Below are positions 1 to 13,450 of a stretch of 64,000 nt of DNA, piece after piece. The first letter of the stretch is position 1. Each line of letters begins with the position of its first letter. Source of the DNA: Octopus vulgaris (taxonomy: Eukaryota). The translations under genes were made by a program, and so were the position numbers. The stretch spans positions 22,754,001 to 22,818,000 of the forward strand of contig OX597823.1 of assembly GCA_951406725.2 (NCBI GenBank), in the 5' to 3' direction. The notes below the pieces were generated by a model. The model did no database searches. It was not told the DNA's origin and saw only the letters and a program-made list of their open reading frames with translations.

Positions 1-591
1 AGACTATCTAATGTACGTTAATTGAAAAAAAATTAAGCTTCTGTTATGGAAAAGCTCTTTAGGAATGTGTTCCAAATGCTTGATGTTCCTGGAAATGTGG
101 ATTCACCAACTGCAGACTGGAGTCATGTACTACTAATTTAAATTGATTGGGGTTGGAAGAAAGAGAAGAAATATACATGCAAAAGAAAAAAAAATACTTG
201 TAGAAGTATTGATTTGTGCGAAGTCATTGAATAAATTCAGAGTAATAAATATATTTGTTATGTTCTCAATTATGTGCAGAGGAGCGTTCAACTGCCAGAG
301 ACAGTTTCGCAATAATAATGATTTTTTTCTTCTTCTCTTTACGTAGGCACAAAAAGCCTAAGAATTATAAAGAGAGAAGATAAGTTTGAGGCTGTGTGAA
401 GTGCATTAACACCAGAGATGGGAACCTTTTTTTTTTTTTTTTGCGGCTGCCCCACCCATTAGAAATAGCAACCAAATCACACTTAAATGATATCCTGTAC
501 CCTAAAAAATATAGTCACATTGGATAATGTTTGTTGAATCTACAATCACGCGGCTGCAGCACTTTTGATCACATATTTTCCCAAATAGAAT

Positions 592-592
592 C

Positions 593-654
<62 letters not shown>

Positions 655-655
655 G

Positions 656-710
<55 letters not shown>

Positions 711-730
711 CAGCAGCAGCAGTAGTAGTG

Positions 731-785
<55 letters not shown>

Positions 786-834
786 CAGCAGCAGCAGCAG
801 CAGTAGCAGTAGTAGTAGTAGTAGTAGTAGTAGT
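592..834. repeat. (TAG)n/(CAG)n compound microsatellite
   Basis: Direct reading; explains the poly-T/poly-V ORFs 502..837 and 653..856. Confidence 0.97.
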
Positions 835-1044
835 CAAGCGAAATGGTGATGAATAAGAACTGAAGCCAACCCGAATTGACTGAATGTCAAATTAATATTT
901 AGACTAAAGAAAACGCTGAATAACAGAATGTCAGAACACCGTAATTTACTTATACTTCTTTGAGTTCAAGTCCTGATGACGTCAGTTTTTTCTCTTCATC
1001 CGTGGCCGCCGAAATAAGGTGCCGATTGAGTATTCAGGACAAGG

Positions 1045-1200
1045 CAACTCGGCTACGGCTATCCCGTCCAGTACGAGAGGAACCGCGGGATCACAACAAC
1101 GGTTTGCGCGCTCGCTCGATAGAGCGGTGGTGCCAGGCTGCCTCTGAGTGATAACGGCTGAACGCCTCTAAGCCGGAACCGTAGCTGGACCCGAGTTGTT
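1045..1200 (+). rRNA. Isolated fragment (pseudogene) of LSU 28S rRNA 3' domain VI including the sarcin-ricin loop
   Basis: AGTACGAGAGGAACCG (1070-1085) is the eukaryotic SRL; GCTGAACGCCTCTAAG (1157-1172) is a conserved downstream 28S motif at the expected spacing. Helices pair: ATCCCG/CGGGAT, GCTC/GAGC, CGGCT/AGCCG, CTACGG/CCGTAG, CAACTCGG/CCGAGTTG. No other rDNA nearby. Confidence 0.85.
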
Positions 1201-2115
1201 TTCCAAAAGCGTCTCAACCTCAAGGCGCATGCCTTAGCTCGGCGTTCGCCGTCAGCCCGTCGCAATATTGAGCTGATGTTAGAAATCAATATTTAGATTA
1301 AATAAAGTAGTGAATGGTAAAATCAGTAGAGCGTTATACAACATGACATGAGATATTAAGTTACTCTTCTATACGTTATAATGGTGCAAGCATGGCCGTG
1401 TAGTTAATAGGTTTGCATTCCAACTGTATGGTTTCTGGTTCAATACAGCTGCGAGGCACGTTCCGGTAAATGCCTTCTATCACAGCCTTGGGTTCACCAA
1501 AACCTCATGATGGATGAAAGCTATATGGAATCCAGTCTTGTTCTTGGATGATTGACTTATATTTAATCCGTATATTATTTTAACATCCCTACCTAGGTTT
1601 TCAGTACCTTTAGCGGTTCCTACTCTTTAAGTATGCAAGCCAGGTCACCACCCTGGGTGTTATTTCCTCCCACCATTCGGGAGGGCTTTGAAATAGTATA
1701 TGGACATTTACCTTTCTCTTTTGCCAGAACTATAGAAGGTAAAAATAATTTCAGTTTAACCGAGTCGCTTCACCTTTCATTTACCGGTAATAATAAGAAA
1801 CATGCGGGTCAAAAACTGGAGTCCACAAGATACTTTCCTCCACAGCATCCAAAATTCATAGCGATGTACTTGTACTAAATTTAAATAACTGTCCAACAGG
1901 GACTAGAGATTAGGCGATGGGGAAGAACAGTCTACGAAATCCTTTCAATCCCAGTTTAGTACTTTATTTTATCGATCCCGAAATATTGGAAAAATCAGGT
2001 CGGTTCCAGTAAAATGTAAACTCAAAACATACAAGAATATCGATAAATACCACAAAACAGTTGCTTGTCTTCCATTACAGAGTCTGCCAACCAATACCCA
2101 AATACATAGAATATT

Positions 2116-2131
2116 TCTCTCTCTCCCCCTC

Positions 2132-2214
<83 letters not shown>

Positions 2215-2410
2215 ACCAAATCTACCAGTTAATACCCTTTATACACAAGACTTTCACTTATACCCCCTCTTCCGTATTTGTCTACCAACACCGCAATACC
2301 ATAAGATATTTGCTATGTCTCTTTCGCTCTTCCTCTCTCTCTCTCTCTCTCTCTCCTTCTCTCTTTCTCTCTCTCTTTCTCTCTTTCCTCTCTCTCTCTC
2401 TCTCTCTCTC
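2116..2410. repeat. (CT)n microsatellites
   Basis: Direct reading. Confidence 0.95.
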
Positions 2411-2757
2411 CCGGAGGTTGCTAACCAACACCCTAATAACAATAATGTATAATTTAGTCACGATGCCAGCAATTTTGAGAAGAGGGCTTTAAAACTGTCA
2501 TCGACTTCAGCACTTGACTGGTATTTTATTTTATTGACCCCAGAAGGATGAGCGGCAAAGTTGACCTCGGTAGTATTTGAACTAAGAACGTAATGAGTAG
2601 TAAACTTATTTTAAGGCGTTTTTCCCGACACTCAAAGAATCATTGCTAATCCACCGCCATTGACACCCTAATGATGTTTTTGAGTTAGACACCAGACCGG
2701 CAATTTTAAGGGGGTGGGCAGTAGATTATACTACTAAACTAATATTTTATTTTATCA

Positions 2758-3395
2758 ACGCAGGAGTGGCTGCATGGTAAGTAGCTTTCTTCCCAACCTC
2801 ATGGTTCCGGGTTCAGTCCCACTGCGTGGCACCTTGGGCAAGTGTCTTCTCGTATGGCCTCGAGTGGATTTAGAAGACGGAAACTGCAAGAAGCCCGCCC
2901 TATATATGTATATATATATGTGAGTTTGTATATGTTTGTGGGCCTGTGTTTGCCCCCCCCCCCCCATCGTTTAACAACCTATTTCTTTATTACCCACAAG
3001 GGGCTAAACACAGAGGGGACAAACAAGGACAGACATAGGTATTAAGTCGATTACATCGACCCCAGTGCGTAACTGGTACTTAATTTATCGACCCCGAAAG
3101 GATGAAAGGCAAAGTCGAACACGGCGGAATTTGAACTCACAGCGTAACGCAGACGAAATACCGCTGAGCATTTTGCCCGGCGTGCTAACGTTTCTGCCAG
3201 CTCGCCGCCTTTCGTTTAACAACCGATGCAGGTGTGTTTACATCTCCGTAACTTAGTGGTTCAGTAAAAAGAGACCGATAGAATAAGCACTAGGCTTACA
3301 AAAAATAAGTCCTGGGGTCGATTTGCTCGACTAAAGGCGGTGCTCCAGCATGGTCGCAGTCAAATGACTGAAACAAGTAAAAGAGTAAAAGAGTA
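2758..3395 (+). mobile_element. tRNA-derived SINE family A, split by a nested SINE B
   Basis: Head GCAGGAGTGGCTG..GGTAAG..GGTTCAGTCCC (A/B-box-like), CCTTGGGCAAGT core, (TA)/(TG) linker, tail AAACAAGTAAAAGAGTAAAAGAG; matches the copy at 40686-41100. Confidence 0.85.
2980..3211 (-). mobile_element. tRNA-derived SINE family B monomer (Meta/MESC-like core) with 13-bp TSD
   Basis: Reverse complement of the 54856-55087 copy; TCGTTTAACAACC at 2967-2979 and 3212-3224. Confidence 0.9.
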
Positions 3396-3959
3396 ACTCC
3401 GAAAAGATAAAAGGCAAGGTTGGTATCAACTGAATGTAAACTTAGAATGTAATTTTTCCAGACTTTTTCCAGACGCTCCAACAATTCTGTCAACCTTCCC
3501 CCTTAAAACCAAAATAATAAAGCCAAACTCACCTTCTCCAAAAGAATATGTAAAAACCTCCATTTGTCTTTTGATTTTACATGATAAGAGACATCATCAA
3601 TGGGTGATGAACCTATTGATCTTAAGGTAAGATCAAGTAAGATCTAAATCATCTTAAGGCCGCAGCCAAGGAGTTGATCTCAAGGGGTTGACCTCAGAAT
3701 TGCATATGAACCGACTGCTTATCAATTTTAAAAGCATTAACTTACGGCAAACAGTGACTATAGGTGAACTGGTCTATTTTACAAGTTATGTTAAAGCGAA
3801 CGCTAACATCGTTCAGAGAGTGAACCAAAAGATTTAATTAATTAATTAAAGTTACATCTCTAGCGATGAGAATAATCATTATCTTAATGATTAATCCTAA
3901 TCTAGAAAGACAGGGTGTCTTGGTCATGGATACAGAGTAATGTCGAGGGAGAAGGTGAA

Positions 3960-4700
3960 GAAGGACTTCTTGGAAAGTTCCAAAGATGGGAAAGGGAAGG
4001 AAGGACTTCACCAAAAGTTCTAAGGAGGGGAGAAGGGGAGGAAAGACCTCCTGGAAAGTTCTGAAGAGGGGAAGAAAAGTCCCGAGTAGTGGAAGCGAAT
4101 TTCCGGGGAAAGAGTCTTCCTTAAAAGTTCCAAGGATGGGAACATCCTGGAAGGAACTGAGGAGGGACAAGCATCCTGGAAAGTTCCGAGGAGGAATGGA
4201 AGAAAGATCCCTGGAGAGTTACAAGGAGGGGAGGAAGGAGAGAAAGAATTTCCTGGAGACTTCCGAGGATGGGGACTTCCTGGAAAGTTCCGAGGAGAGG
4301 GACTTCCTGGAAAGTTCTGAGGATGGGAGCTTCCTAGATAGTTCCGTGGAGGTGAGCGAGGACTTCCTGGAAAGTTCAGATGAGAGGAAGGAAGGTCTTC
4401 TTGGAAAGTTCCGAGGAAGGGGAGGATGGGGACGAAAGTTTCCCTGGAAAGTTCCGAAGAGCATGAGGAAGGAGAGGAAGGACTTCTTGGGAATTTCCAA
4501 GGAAGGGGTTCTTCCTGGAAATTTTCAATGGGGCGGGGAAGGACTTCTTCGAAAATTCCCAGTATGGGGATTTACTGGAAAGTTCCGAGGAGGGGAGGAA
4601 GGATTCCTGGAAAGTCCCGAGGAAGGGAACTTCCTGCAAAATTCCGAGAAGGGGAAATACAGGAAGGACGTCTTGGAAATTCCGAGGACTTCGTTTACCA
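3960..4700 (+). repeat. Minisatellite of ~23 units: palindromic core GGACTTCCTGGAAAGTTCC plus variable purine-rich spacers
   Basis: Shortest unit 27 bp (ggacttcctggaaagttccgaggatgg); spacer length varies between units; generates the DFLESSE-repeat ORFs. Confidence 0.9.
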
Positions 4701-4804
4701 AATTTTCGTAAATATGCGCATATAGAAATTCAGACACAGGTACGCCCAAAATATATGCATTTATCCACGTGTGTGTGTAAATATATATGCATGCGTGTGT
4801 ATCT

Positions 4805-4906
<102 letters not shown>

Positions 4907-4914
4907 GACTGTTT

Positions 4915-6111
4915 GCTGAAACGTTCATAGGCTGACTAAGAAGTAGTGATGCTAGAGCTGTGAAATTTTGCGTACCTTAAATTCAACTCTTTCTACTTAT
5001 AACACCGTTGTTTCTTTTCAAGTAAACATCTGGCTGTTCAAAGAATATTTCAAAAGTATCTAGTAGCGATGAACAAAACATGCAGAAATGGGGTTTAGCC
5101 CCCATCAACTTTCATGCTAACGTGATTGCTACATTAGGGGATATCGCTCCAGCTTTATTAACAGTGCAAAATTGGACAGCTGAATTTTGGAGTGGAAGAG
5201 TCTTGAAGATGTCCCAAGGTCTGGACGTTCTGTCACTGCCACCACCGAGGAAAACATTGGTCATGTTCACAACATGGTGATGGTTGGCAAGCGATTGACT
5301 ATAAATCAACTAGCCAATGCTATTAGCATATCCCGTGAGTGAATTCAGAATATTATGCCCAATGAACTTGGCATGAAGAATGTTTCTGCTCGGTGAGTGA
5401 ACGTCTTCTGACATCTGATCAGAGGCGCACCAGGCTGATCACATCACGGGAAAAACTGACATTGTTTGAGGCACATCCAGCTAGTTTCCTTGAGTATTGG
5501 TTTCATTGCTTTGAAATCAGAGACGGAGAAACACCTCTCCTCACCAGTTACAATGGAGGTCAAGGTAGTTTCATCTGCAGGGAAGGTGATAGCCTCAGTT
5601 TTTGAGATGCAAAAGGCATTGGGTCCATTGGCTATCTCCAAAAAGACCACGCCCTCAATAGAGAGTACTATGCCAACTTGCTGAGGCAGTTACGAAAGGC
5701 TATCAAGACCAAACGGTCAGGAAAACTGATGAAAGGTTTCTTGTTTCATCAGGACAATGCTCCGGTACACAAGTCCTTAGTTTCAATAATTGCTGTGCGT
5801 GACTATGGCTTTGAACTGGTTAATTACCCTCCCTATTCTGATTTGGCCCTATGATCTGTTCTCCAAAATGAAAAATACACTTGGCTGGGAACTAGTATCG
5901 CAGTGATAATGACGGTATATCTGCTGTTGATTACTGTTTTTTTTTTACCAATAGTAAGAAAAGTTCTTCGCCAATAGGATGCAAGCATTGCAACACTTAT
6001 GAAAGAAGTGTGTGGACCGCAAGAGGGACTAGGACAAAAAAATAAGCCTCATTTGGTCACATTTAATGGGAATATTCTTAGTCAGCCTATGAACTTTTTA
6101 TCCGATCCTCG
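4915..6111 (+). mobile_element. Degenerate mariner DNA transposon
   Basis: TIR remnants GTTCATAGGCTGACTAAGA (~4923-4941) and TCTTAGTCAGCCTATGAAC..CCTCG-TA (6076-6113). Broken transposase motifs ERLLT, GKVIASVF, HQDNAPVH, PPYS-DLA; many stops and frameshifts. Confidence 0.88.
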
Positions 6112-6709
6112 TAAACAAATATATACACTCTTAAATAACGGATACGACCATAAACAGACGACTCAAACACACAGAAACCAACATCACAATTCAAGCAAAG
6201 ACACAAGCATACATACTCTCCACCGTTCGTTCACACCCATAACCACGCTTATAGACAATTCACCCAGAGGACACTCATGCACAAATAAATGCAATCGACC
6301 ACATGCTTACAATATGTCACAAAACAGTACCTTTAAATAGTTCAGTACAAAATATAAACAAACAAGTGACCAAAAAATATATAGACAATTAATTGTAACG
6401 GATGTAACAATAGATATATGACTCAAACAAAGCAAAGCTTAATTGATACATCAATAGCTATTTAAACATGCGTAATTGCATTAATTGAAGCATTCTATCG
6501 GCTCACTAAATGTAAAATTGCAATTGAGGTACACTAAGATGATAATAAAATTAGATATAACAAATATGAGATGCAATGCAATTGTGGGTAGATGGATGTT
6601 ATAGTTCTCATTAAGAAAATAATCGTTATGATGACACAGAAAGAATTAATAACGCTCGGATTATTGGTAGAATTATGATCCGTCGCTACTAGGGGCACTA
6701 TGATTGTCG

Positions 6710-6732
6710 GTGATGATGATGATGACGATGAC

Positions 6733-6763
<31 letters not shown>

Positions 6764-6769
6764 GTGATG

Positions 6770-6814
<45 letters not shown>

Positions 6815-6841
6815 CGATGGTGGTGATGGTGATGATGATGG

Positions 6842-6901
<60 letters not shown>

Positions 6902-7080
6902 CGATGATGAAGATGGTGATGATGATGGTGATGATGATGATGAGGAGGAGGAGGAGGAGAAAAAAGAAGAAGAAGGAAAAGAAGAAGAAGAAGAAGAATA
7001 ACAACAACAACAACAGCAACAACAGCAACAACTACAACAACAACAACTACAACAACAACAACAACAACAGCAACAACAAG
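6710..7080. repeat. Compound trinucleotide microsatellite (GAT/GAG/GAA/AAC)
   Basis: Direct reading. Confidence 0.97.
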
Positions 7081-9064
7081 AAAATTAAAGAAAACCAGAA
7101 ATAATTTCTTTTGCTCGGCGCTTTAGATTGCCTTTGAAAGAGAAAATGTTAACATATGACTAGTTTGTGTAAAATAATTCAGAAACAGTGTATGTATTCA
7201 CCTAAGCCTGATATTCACCAGATCTACATATCTAAATAAATATGAATATAAATTATATACATATGAAGAGATATCCTAAAGATATCTCAAAATTCAATCG
7301 AGACAGCTATCTTCAAAGACAACAAGACGCCTCGTTCAGCATGACAACGTTAGGTGAAGAAAGAAAAAAAAACTTTCGTTCGATATATAGGAAGAAGTAG
7401 AGTAAAGGGAGATAAACAACCATTTCTACAGCAATATTAATAACAACAACAAAAACAGAGATGATAGAAAGAGCAACAACAGGAAAATCTCTCACACATA
7501 CAGAGCCACAAATGCGTGCATATACACACAGAGACACACGCGCGCGCGCCTAGAAATGCGCAATGGAACACAAACCTGCGCACATTGAAACTCGCACTGA
7601 AACCCATACATAAAAAAAAATCAAATGCACTAATAGCTATATTGGAAATCATACGTTTGGCATCAGCTAACACATCAGAAATATAAACAAATTAATCCCA
7701 TAAATTCACACACACACACACACACGCACACACACACGCACACACACACACGCACACACAAACACACACACACATTCATACACACACACGTCCACAAGCT
7801 CCAATAGAACACTAACACGATGATTCAAAGAGATCAAAAGTTAAAACTGCAGGAATACTGCGAGTTGAAATCGCTATTGGGTTACTTCTGATGAGCGATA
7901 AATAAAGCTGGCCGTAATAAATTACAAGGCATAGAAGATTGTGAATATACTGCATAAACAAAAGACAAACATAAATAAAAAGATCTTAAAATTCTAGTTT
8001 AGAAGCAATCCGCCCCCATTAGGTAATATCAGAAATGTATATATAAAGCAAACAGGAGATTGGTGACGTACACGTGACAAGTGTTGCATGACATCAAACC
8101 ACATACTTGCAGGATGGCTGACTCTAACCAACTCTCCACAGACATGATAAAAGTAGTTAGCCACATCCACTGGAGAGGGTGTGCAGTCAACAGTGGAGAA
8201 GTGATATCTGAAGCCATCTGATACGATTGTAGGAAGTAATTACGTAAGCATTCTCTCAAAGCGATAAAATATCACATAGACAGAGAGTAATATCACATAG
8301 ACAACGAGCTGGGAAATAACAGTTCTGCCAATGTTATTAAGTACAGGCCGAGCAAGGCACTCAACATGATCAGTGTAACAGGATATGTAAAATTGTTAAT
8401 GTTTCCAAACCTCTTCTATGAGCTGGTTATTGGTTCTGATTTCATTCTGTTCGATAAATGAGACACAAATTCTCCCCCACCACCGAATAGGACGCACGCT
8501 TAGCAACTGGTTCGTATTGTCAATAGATAGAACATCCAAGGCAATGTAGAAATAAGTGCACTTCCCAAATCCTCTAGATTTTAAAGTGGCAGTCCGAAGC
8601 CAAATCGGTCTCGACCATTTTACCTGTACGAACTACATCATATACATTTTATAGGGAAATGAAATAGTGAAAATTTCGAAGAATGGAAACTAAGTCTGGA
8701 TGTGTTTAAATTATAAAAGGGAAAACAAAACTATGGCTCATTGTGGAATCTTTGCCATAGAAATGAAAACTTCAGTATACGAAATTACATATTTGTTTAC
8801 ATTTAGAAATAGTTGATAATTTTGCAACATTCCTTTGCAAAAAGTTTTAGCTTCTCTTTATCCATAAAAGTTTTCTTTTTCTACAGCAGAAGATGGTGCA
8901 ATTTATTTATCATATTCTATGCAGCTAGCGGCACATCACAGAAATTAGTACAGTCATCTCTGATGAGGAAACACATTGGGAAAGCGGAACTATGACACCT
9001 TAGTCGAATACATGTGTGTGTGTGTGTGTGTGTTATATATGTGTGTGTGTGTGTGTGTGTATAT

Positions 9065-9103
<39 letters not shown>

Positions 9104-11078
9104 ATACTTCAGGCTGGTGTTAGTTTATTGATCCCGGAAAAAGAAAGGTGAAGTCGACTCCAGGGGGATTCATACTAAAATCATAAAAGGACAAAACTAA
9201 ACACACCGCAAACCATTTTATCTGGAACTCTCCTGATTCTCACATCAATCGCCATTATAGACATACAAAGTATAACTACTATTTTCCACTCACACAATAT
9301 CAGCGCTTCAATTTCCGATTGTCAAGAAAAACATCTCTAGATTTCAAAGCCTGCTCTGCATGAAATCATATTTTATTCTCTTTGAAATTATATCTAACTT
9401 TTCTCTAAAAGATAAAAAATCTGTTCTGTTGAACTGAACTGCACTCAGGAAATTACTAAGGTGCCAGAATTACTCAAGAAATTATAGCTTTTGCTTGGTT
9501 CCTGTCAAATAACTTCGACTTAACTCGATCTTTCATTCGTCATTCAACTTCAAACGAAATGTGTACCATCATTTTATTATTATCATTTAGTATTATTTTC
9601 CGTCTTGTTTACAGCCAAAACGAAATACTTTCATCTCATTCATCTCATAGTCAAAAACCTTTCAGTCCGTCGACAAATATTTCCTAAAATCAACATCTTC
9701 TATCATATTTCCATTCTTCTCAGAAATGCTATTTCTGCACACCTCTTAATAGCCTAAACAATCAGGATATATCATACGATACTTTGCATGCTAATTTCCC
9801 AGGCAACTATCAGTTGATAAGTGGTTCTCGCTGAGGTCTCAATGAATCTATGCCCAAGATATCTATCTGTTTCTCGCCCTCGTCTCTGTTTTCCTATCGT
9901 CACGGGCGCAATGTTGATTCTTTACAAAAGCACATAGGTGAAATATTTCTTTTGATTATATGCCTAGTTTATAACTATAAAATTTGAGATGAATATGGCG
10001 CCGAGATTTCTTGGTAATTGATAAGAATATGGATAGTTTAAACTGTATGGTGAGAGGCTTTTACTGCGCTAATATATTGAGGAAGCAATAAGCGTCATTG
10101 AAACTCAGTCTCTTTTTTCTATTGGAAGTATTTTTCCTTTGTAGAGTTAAGCAAAATGATCTCTGAAAGCATGATTTCTGTCGGGCTATTCAGAATTATC
10201 CAACTGTCTAAAAGATATGCGTAAAACGCAGATAAAAAGTTAAAAAGAAAAGCAAGGTAAAGAGATAGAAAGCAGGGGGCTACTCTCGCGATATTCATGC
10301 ATTTGTATTGATCCCATTGTCATATCTCAATAAACAACATTGTCATTCATGTTATTTATTTCAAGTAAACTATCTTATATTTAAAAATGAATTTTTTTTT
10401 TTTTTGTCATTTCAAGTCAGTGGCTTCAGCAACTATTTGGCTTTTCGCATTCATTTATTAATCCCTTCCAGGCTTTTATTGATCTTCCAATCAGGTCTCG
10501 TGAGATCAAACTATCATTTCTCAACATACAGATATAAATATTAATTGTTATTACTGAGAAGATATTGGTGACATACAAGAATACAAAACTATAAATATGA
10601 ATAAGTTGCTCTTCCGATATGTACAAATAGGAAATATGGAGCTGGACAGTCAGCTCTTGTCCGCCAAGAAGACAGGAAGTACTCTCCATTAACTTTCAGC
10701 AGCTAAGGAAACTTATGACAAACGTTATCTTGAACCTTCAGTTGTGTATTTCCATTATTTGTTATATATATATGTTCCATGTTGAACTTCATATGTATGT
10801 TATATAAATGCTGTTTGTTGATACTGCGAATTGCTATCTCAAAAGAATTACTCCAATAATTTATAACACTGCATATCGGTATAGAGACTATAATTAATCT
10901 ACGTATTCGCGTTAACTATAAAGTGCACGCGCTAATTATTATTACGTTACTCCTTCAATACACACATTAACAATTATCATTCCATATGTATAAACTTTAA
11001 CTAGTATTATTTTATATACCTGTGTGCACAGTTTTAATTTTATATTGCTATTATCATTATTTAATAGTCTTATTTTTA

Positions 11079-11480
<402 letters not shown>

Positions 11481-11765
11481 ACAAAAACTAAAACAACAAA
11501 TTAAATTTATTAAACTTATTCTGCCATTTTCCACGCTGGTTATGTCAATAAGACGGTTTAATAACTGCGTTTGATGTAAGCGAGGTTTGAATGTAAATTA
11601 CCAAACTGTTTTTTAGGACATTACCAGCTTGAAAATGGCAAAATAAATTTAATGTTTCGATCAGGAAATCTTGGGTAGCTGAATCCCACAAGGGTTTTGT
11701 ATTTTTCTTATTAATAATAGTATATTTACTCTCTTAACTAATCGAGTGTTCTTACTGCTCGCACG

Positions 11766-11869
<104 letters not shown>

Positions 11870-11882
11870 TATTTAAATTTAA

Positions 11883-11935
11883 TTTTTCAAAATATTTTCG
11901 TCACTTTAAGACCGCGACCTGTTCACTGACAAAAA
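11883..11935 (-). ncRNA. Candidate minimal type I hammerhead ribozyme with G3-C8 core
   Basis: Minus strand: UUUUUgUCA GUGAACA g GUCGC ggucuuaaa GUGAC GAAA aUAu UU UGAAAAA. Stems I and II pair, stem III is palindromic (AAUAUU), and it abuts a (TA)n tract. Confidence 0.6.
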
Positions 11936-12679
11936 TACAAAAAGGGACAAGAACACAAAACCACCGGACAACAGTCACACGAATGCATCAGTGGTGACGA
12001 ACAGACAGAATAAGGGTTACTCAGTATCAGAATACAGTATAAATCATTAATGCTTATATAAGTTGCAATTCGAAAGCCATGCTCAATATCTACTTTTCCT
12101 GTTAACAGGATGGTTCAGCTGGTTTTCATCTGTTGGTTTGTATTTTAACGGTTGACAGAAACACAAGCCTCATACAAGACCAGAGTTAAAAACCCTAGAC
12201 TCATTTCAAGTCGAGAGAAGGCGTTCAAACATTTTTGCTAAATATAACATGCTTTTGCGTAGTCATATAACTGACCGGCTGAAGAATGCCAACAAACTGT
12301 TCGATCAACAGGAAATGCAGAGTATCTACCTTGGAATACACACACACATTCTCGTGTGCACACACTCACTCACATACAAGCCCACACGCATCCACACACA
12401 CACACACACACAGAATATTTCAAAATTAGAAAATAATAATTTTATATAAAATTGAGTTGGGGTTGGACGAAACACTGTTATGTATGTTTAAAACTTCCGA
12501 TGTAAAATAGGACCGCTAATTGCGGGACGCAATTAATGTTCCTTTCTTACGAAAACTCGGTTAAAGTTTTGTTGTATTTTTTATTCAGAAACTAAAATCA
12601 TTTAACGTATTTCTTTTTTCAGAACACACCAGCACCTACATGTTTCATCCTTCTCTCCTATTTGAGGTTTCCATCAATT

Positions 12680-13450
12680 ATCCTGAAGAATTGAAGGGAA
12701 ATATTGGTGAAAGAGACTGTCACCAGAACGCGTGTACAATGTTACTGAAACTGAACTTTACTGGAAACATATGACTATTAGGAATTTTATTTTCAGTGAA
12801 GAATAATCAGTATCGAGCTTTCGAGTTTCCAAAAATCTTTTGATACTTATTGTAGTAATATAAAATCAAAAATACAAACATCACTCAGAAAAATCTAAAG
12901 ACTTTCGAGGGTTATGTTAGACTTAATTTATCTGTGATGTGACCATTGAAATAAGAAGAGTTGGATGATAGTGAACGTTTTCTATTGATGCTTTCAGACT
13001 ACGAACCAAACATTCCACCCACAATGAAATAAATTATCTTTTTGATAATATATAGCCAAGAACATTTCTTTACCCGACCCAATGGATTAAAACATATTAT
13101 CTTCAAAGATCTTTGAAACTACTCATAAAGGCAATTGTTGTGGATGATAAATCTATAGTTAGAGACTTCTAGAAAAAATATTCGACATGGTCTTTACAGA
13201 ATATAATTTAGTCATGTCATGAAATGATACGAAATCCTCAGCCACGGATGCTGTTTGGCAAAATATGACCAGGTTTGCCATCAATATAAATTCTGCGTCA
13301 AATTTATCAAGATACTGACACACTGGCTAATGATGCAGTATTTACTGAAGTCGTTACAGATGTTGTGGTTGAGTTGCACGGATTCCATGGAGAAATTTTG
13401 TCGAATGAGAAGCAAATGATGATTCTAAAACAAGAACGAGCTGTAGGAGA
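12680..13450 (+). pseudogene. Highly decayed pogo/Tigger-family transposase
   Basis: Translation PERVYNVTETELYWKHMTIR..SFRVSKNLLIL resembles PEQVFNxDETGLFWKKMP..GFKASKDRLTLL; HHSEKSK resembles YHSENPR. Confidence 0.6.

Noticed and set aside
970-1020. CTGATGA..GAAA as a hammerhead
   Set aside because: No stem I or II pairing; better explained as a decayed SINE B segment.
3960-4700. CRISPR array
   Set aside because: Eukaryotic context, no cas genes, degenerate repeats, and short low-complexity G/A spacers of irregular length.
3986-4711. 241-aa ORF as a real protein
   Set aside because: Open in several frames on both strands because the purine-rich repeat lacks stops; the repeat reading frame shifts along the ORF.
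7888-8985. CTGATGA motifs at ~7888 and ~8960
   Set aside because: No GAAA in register, or stem II cannot pair.
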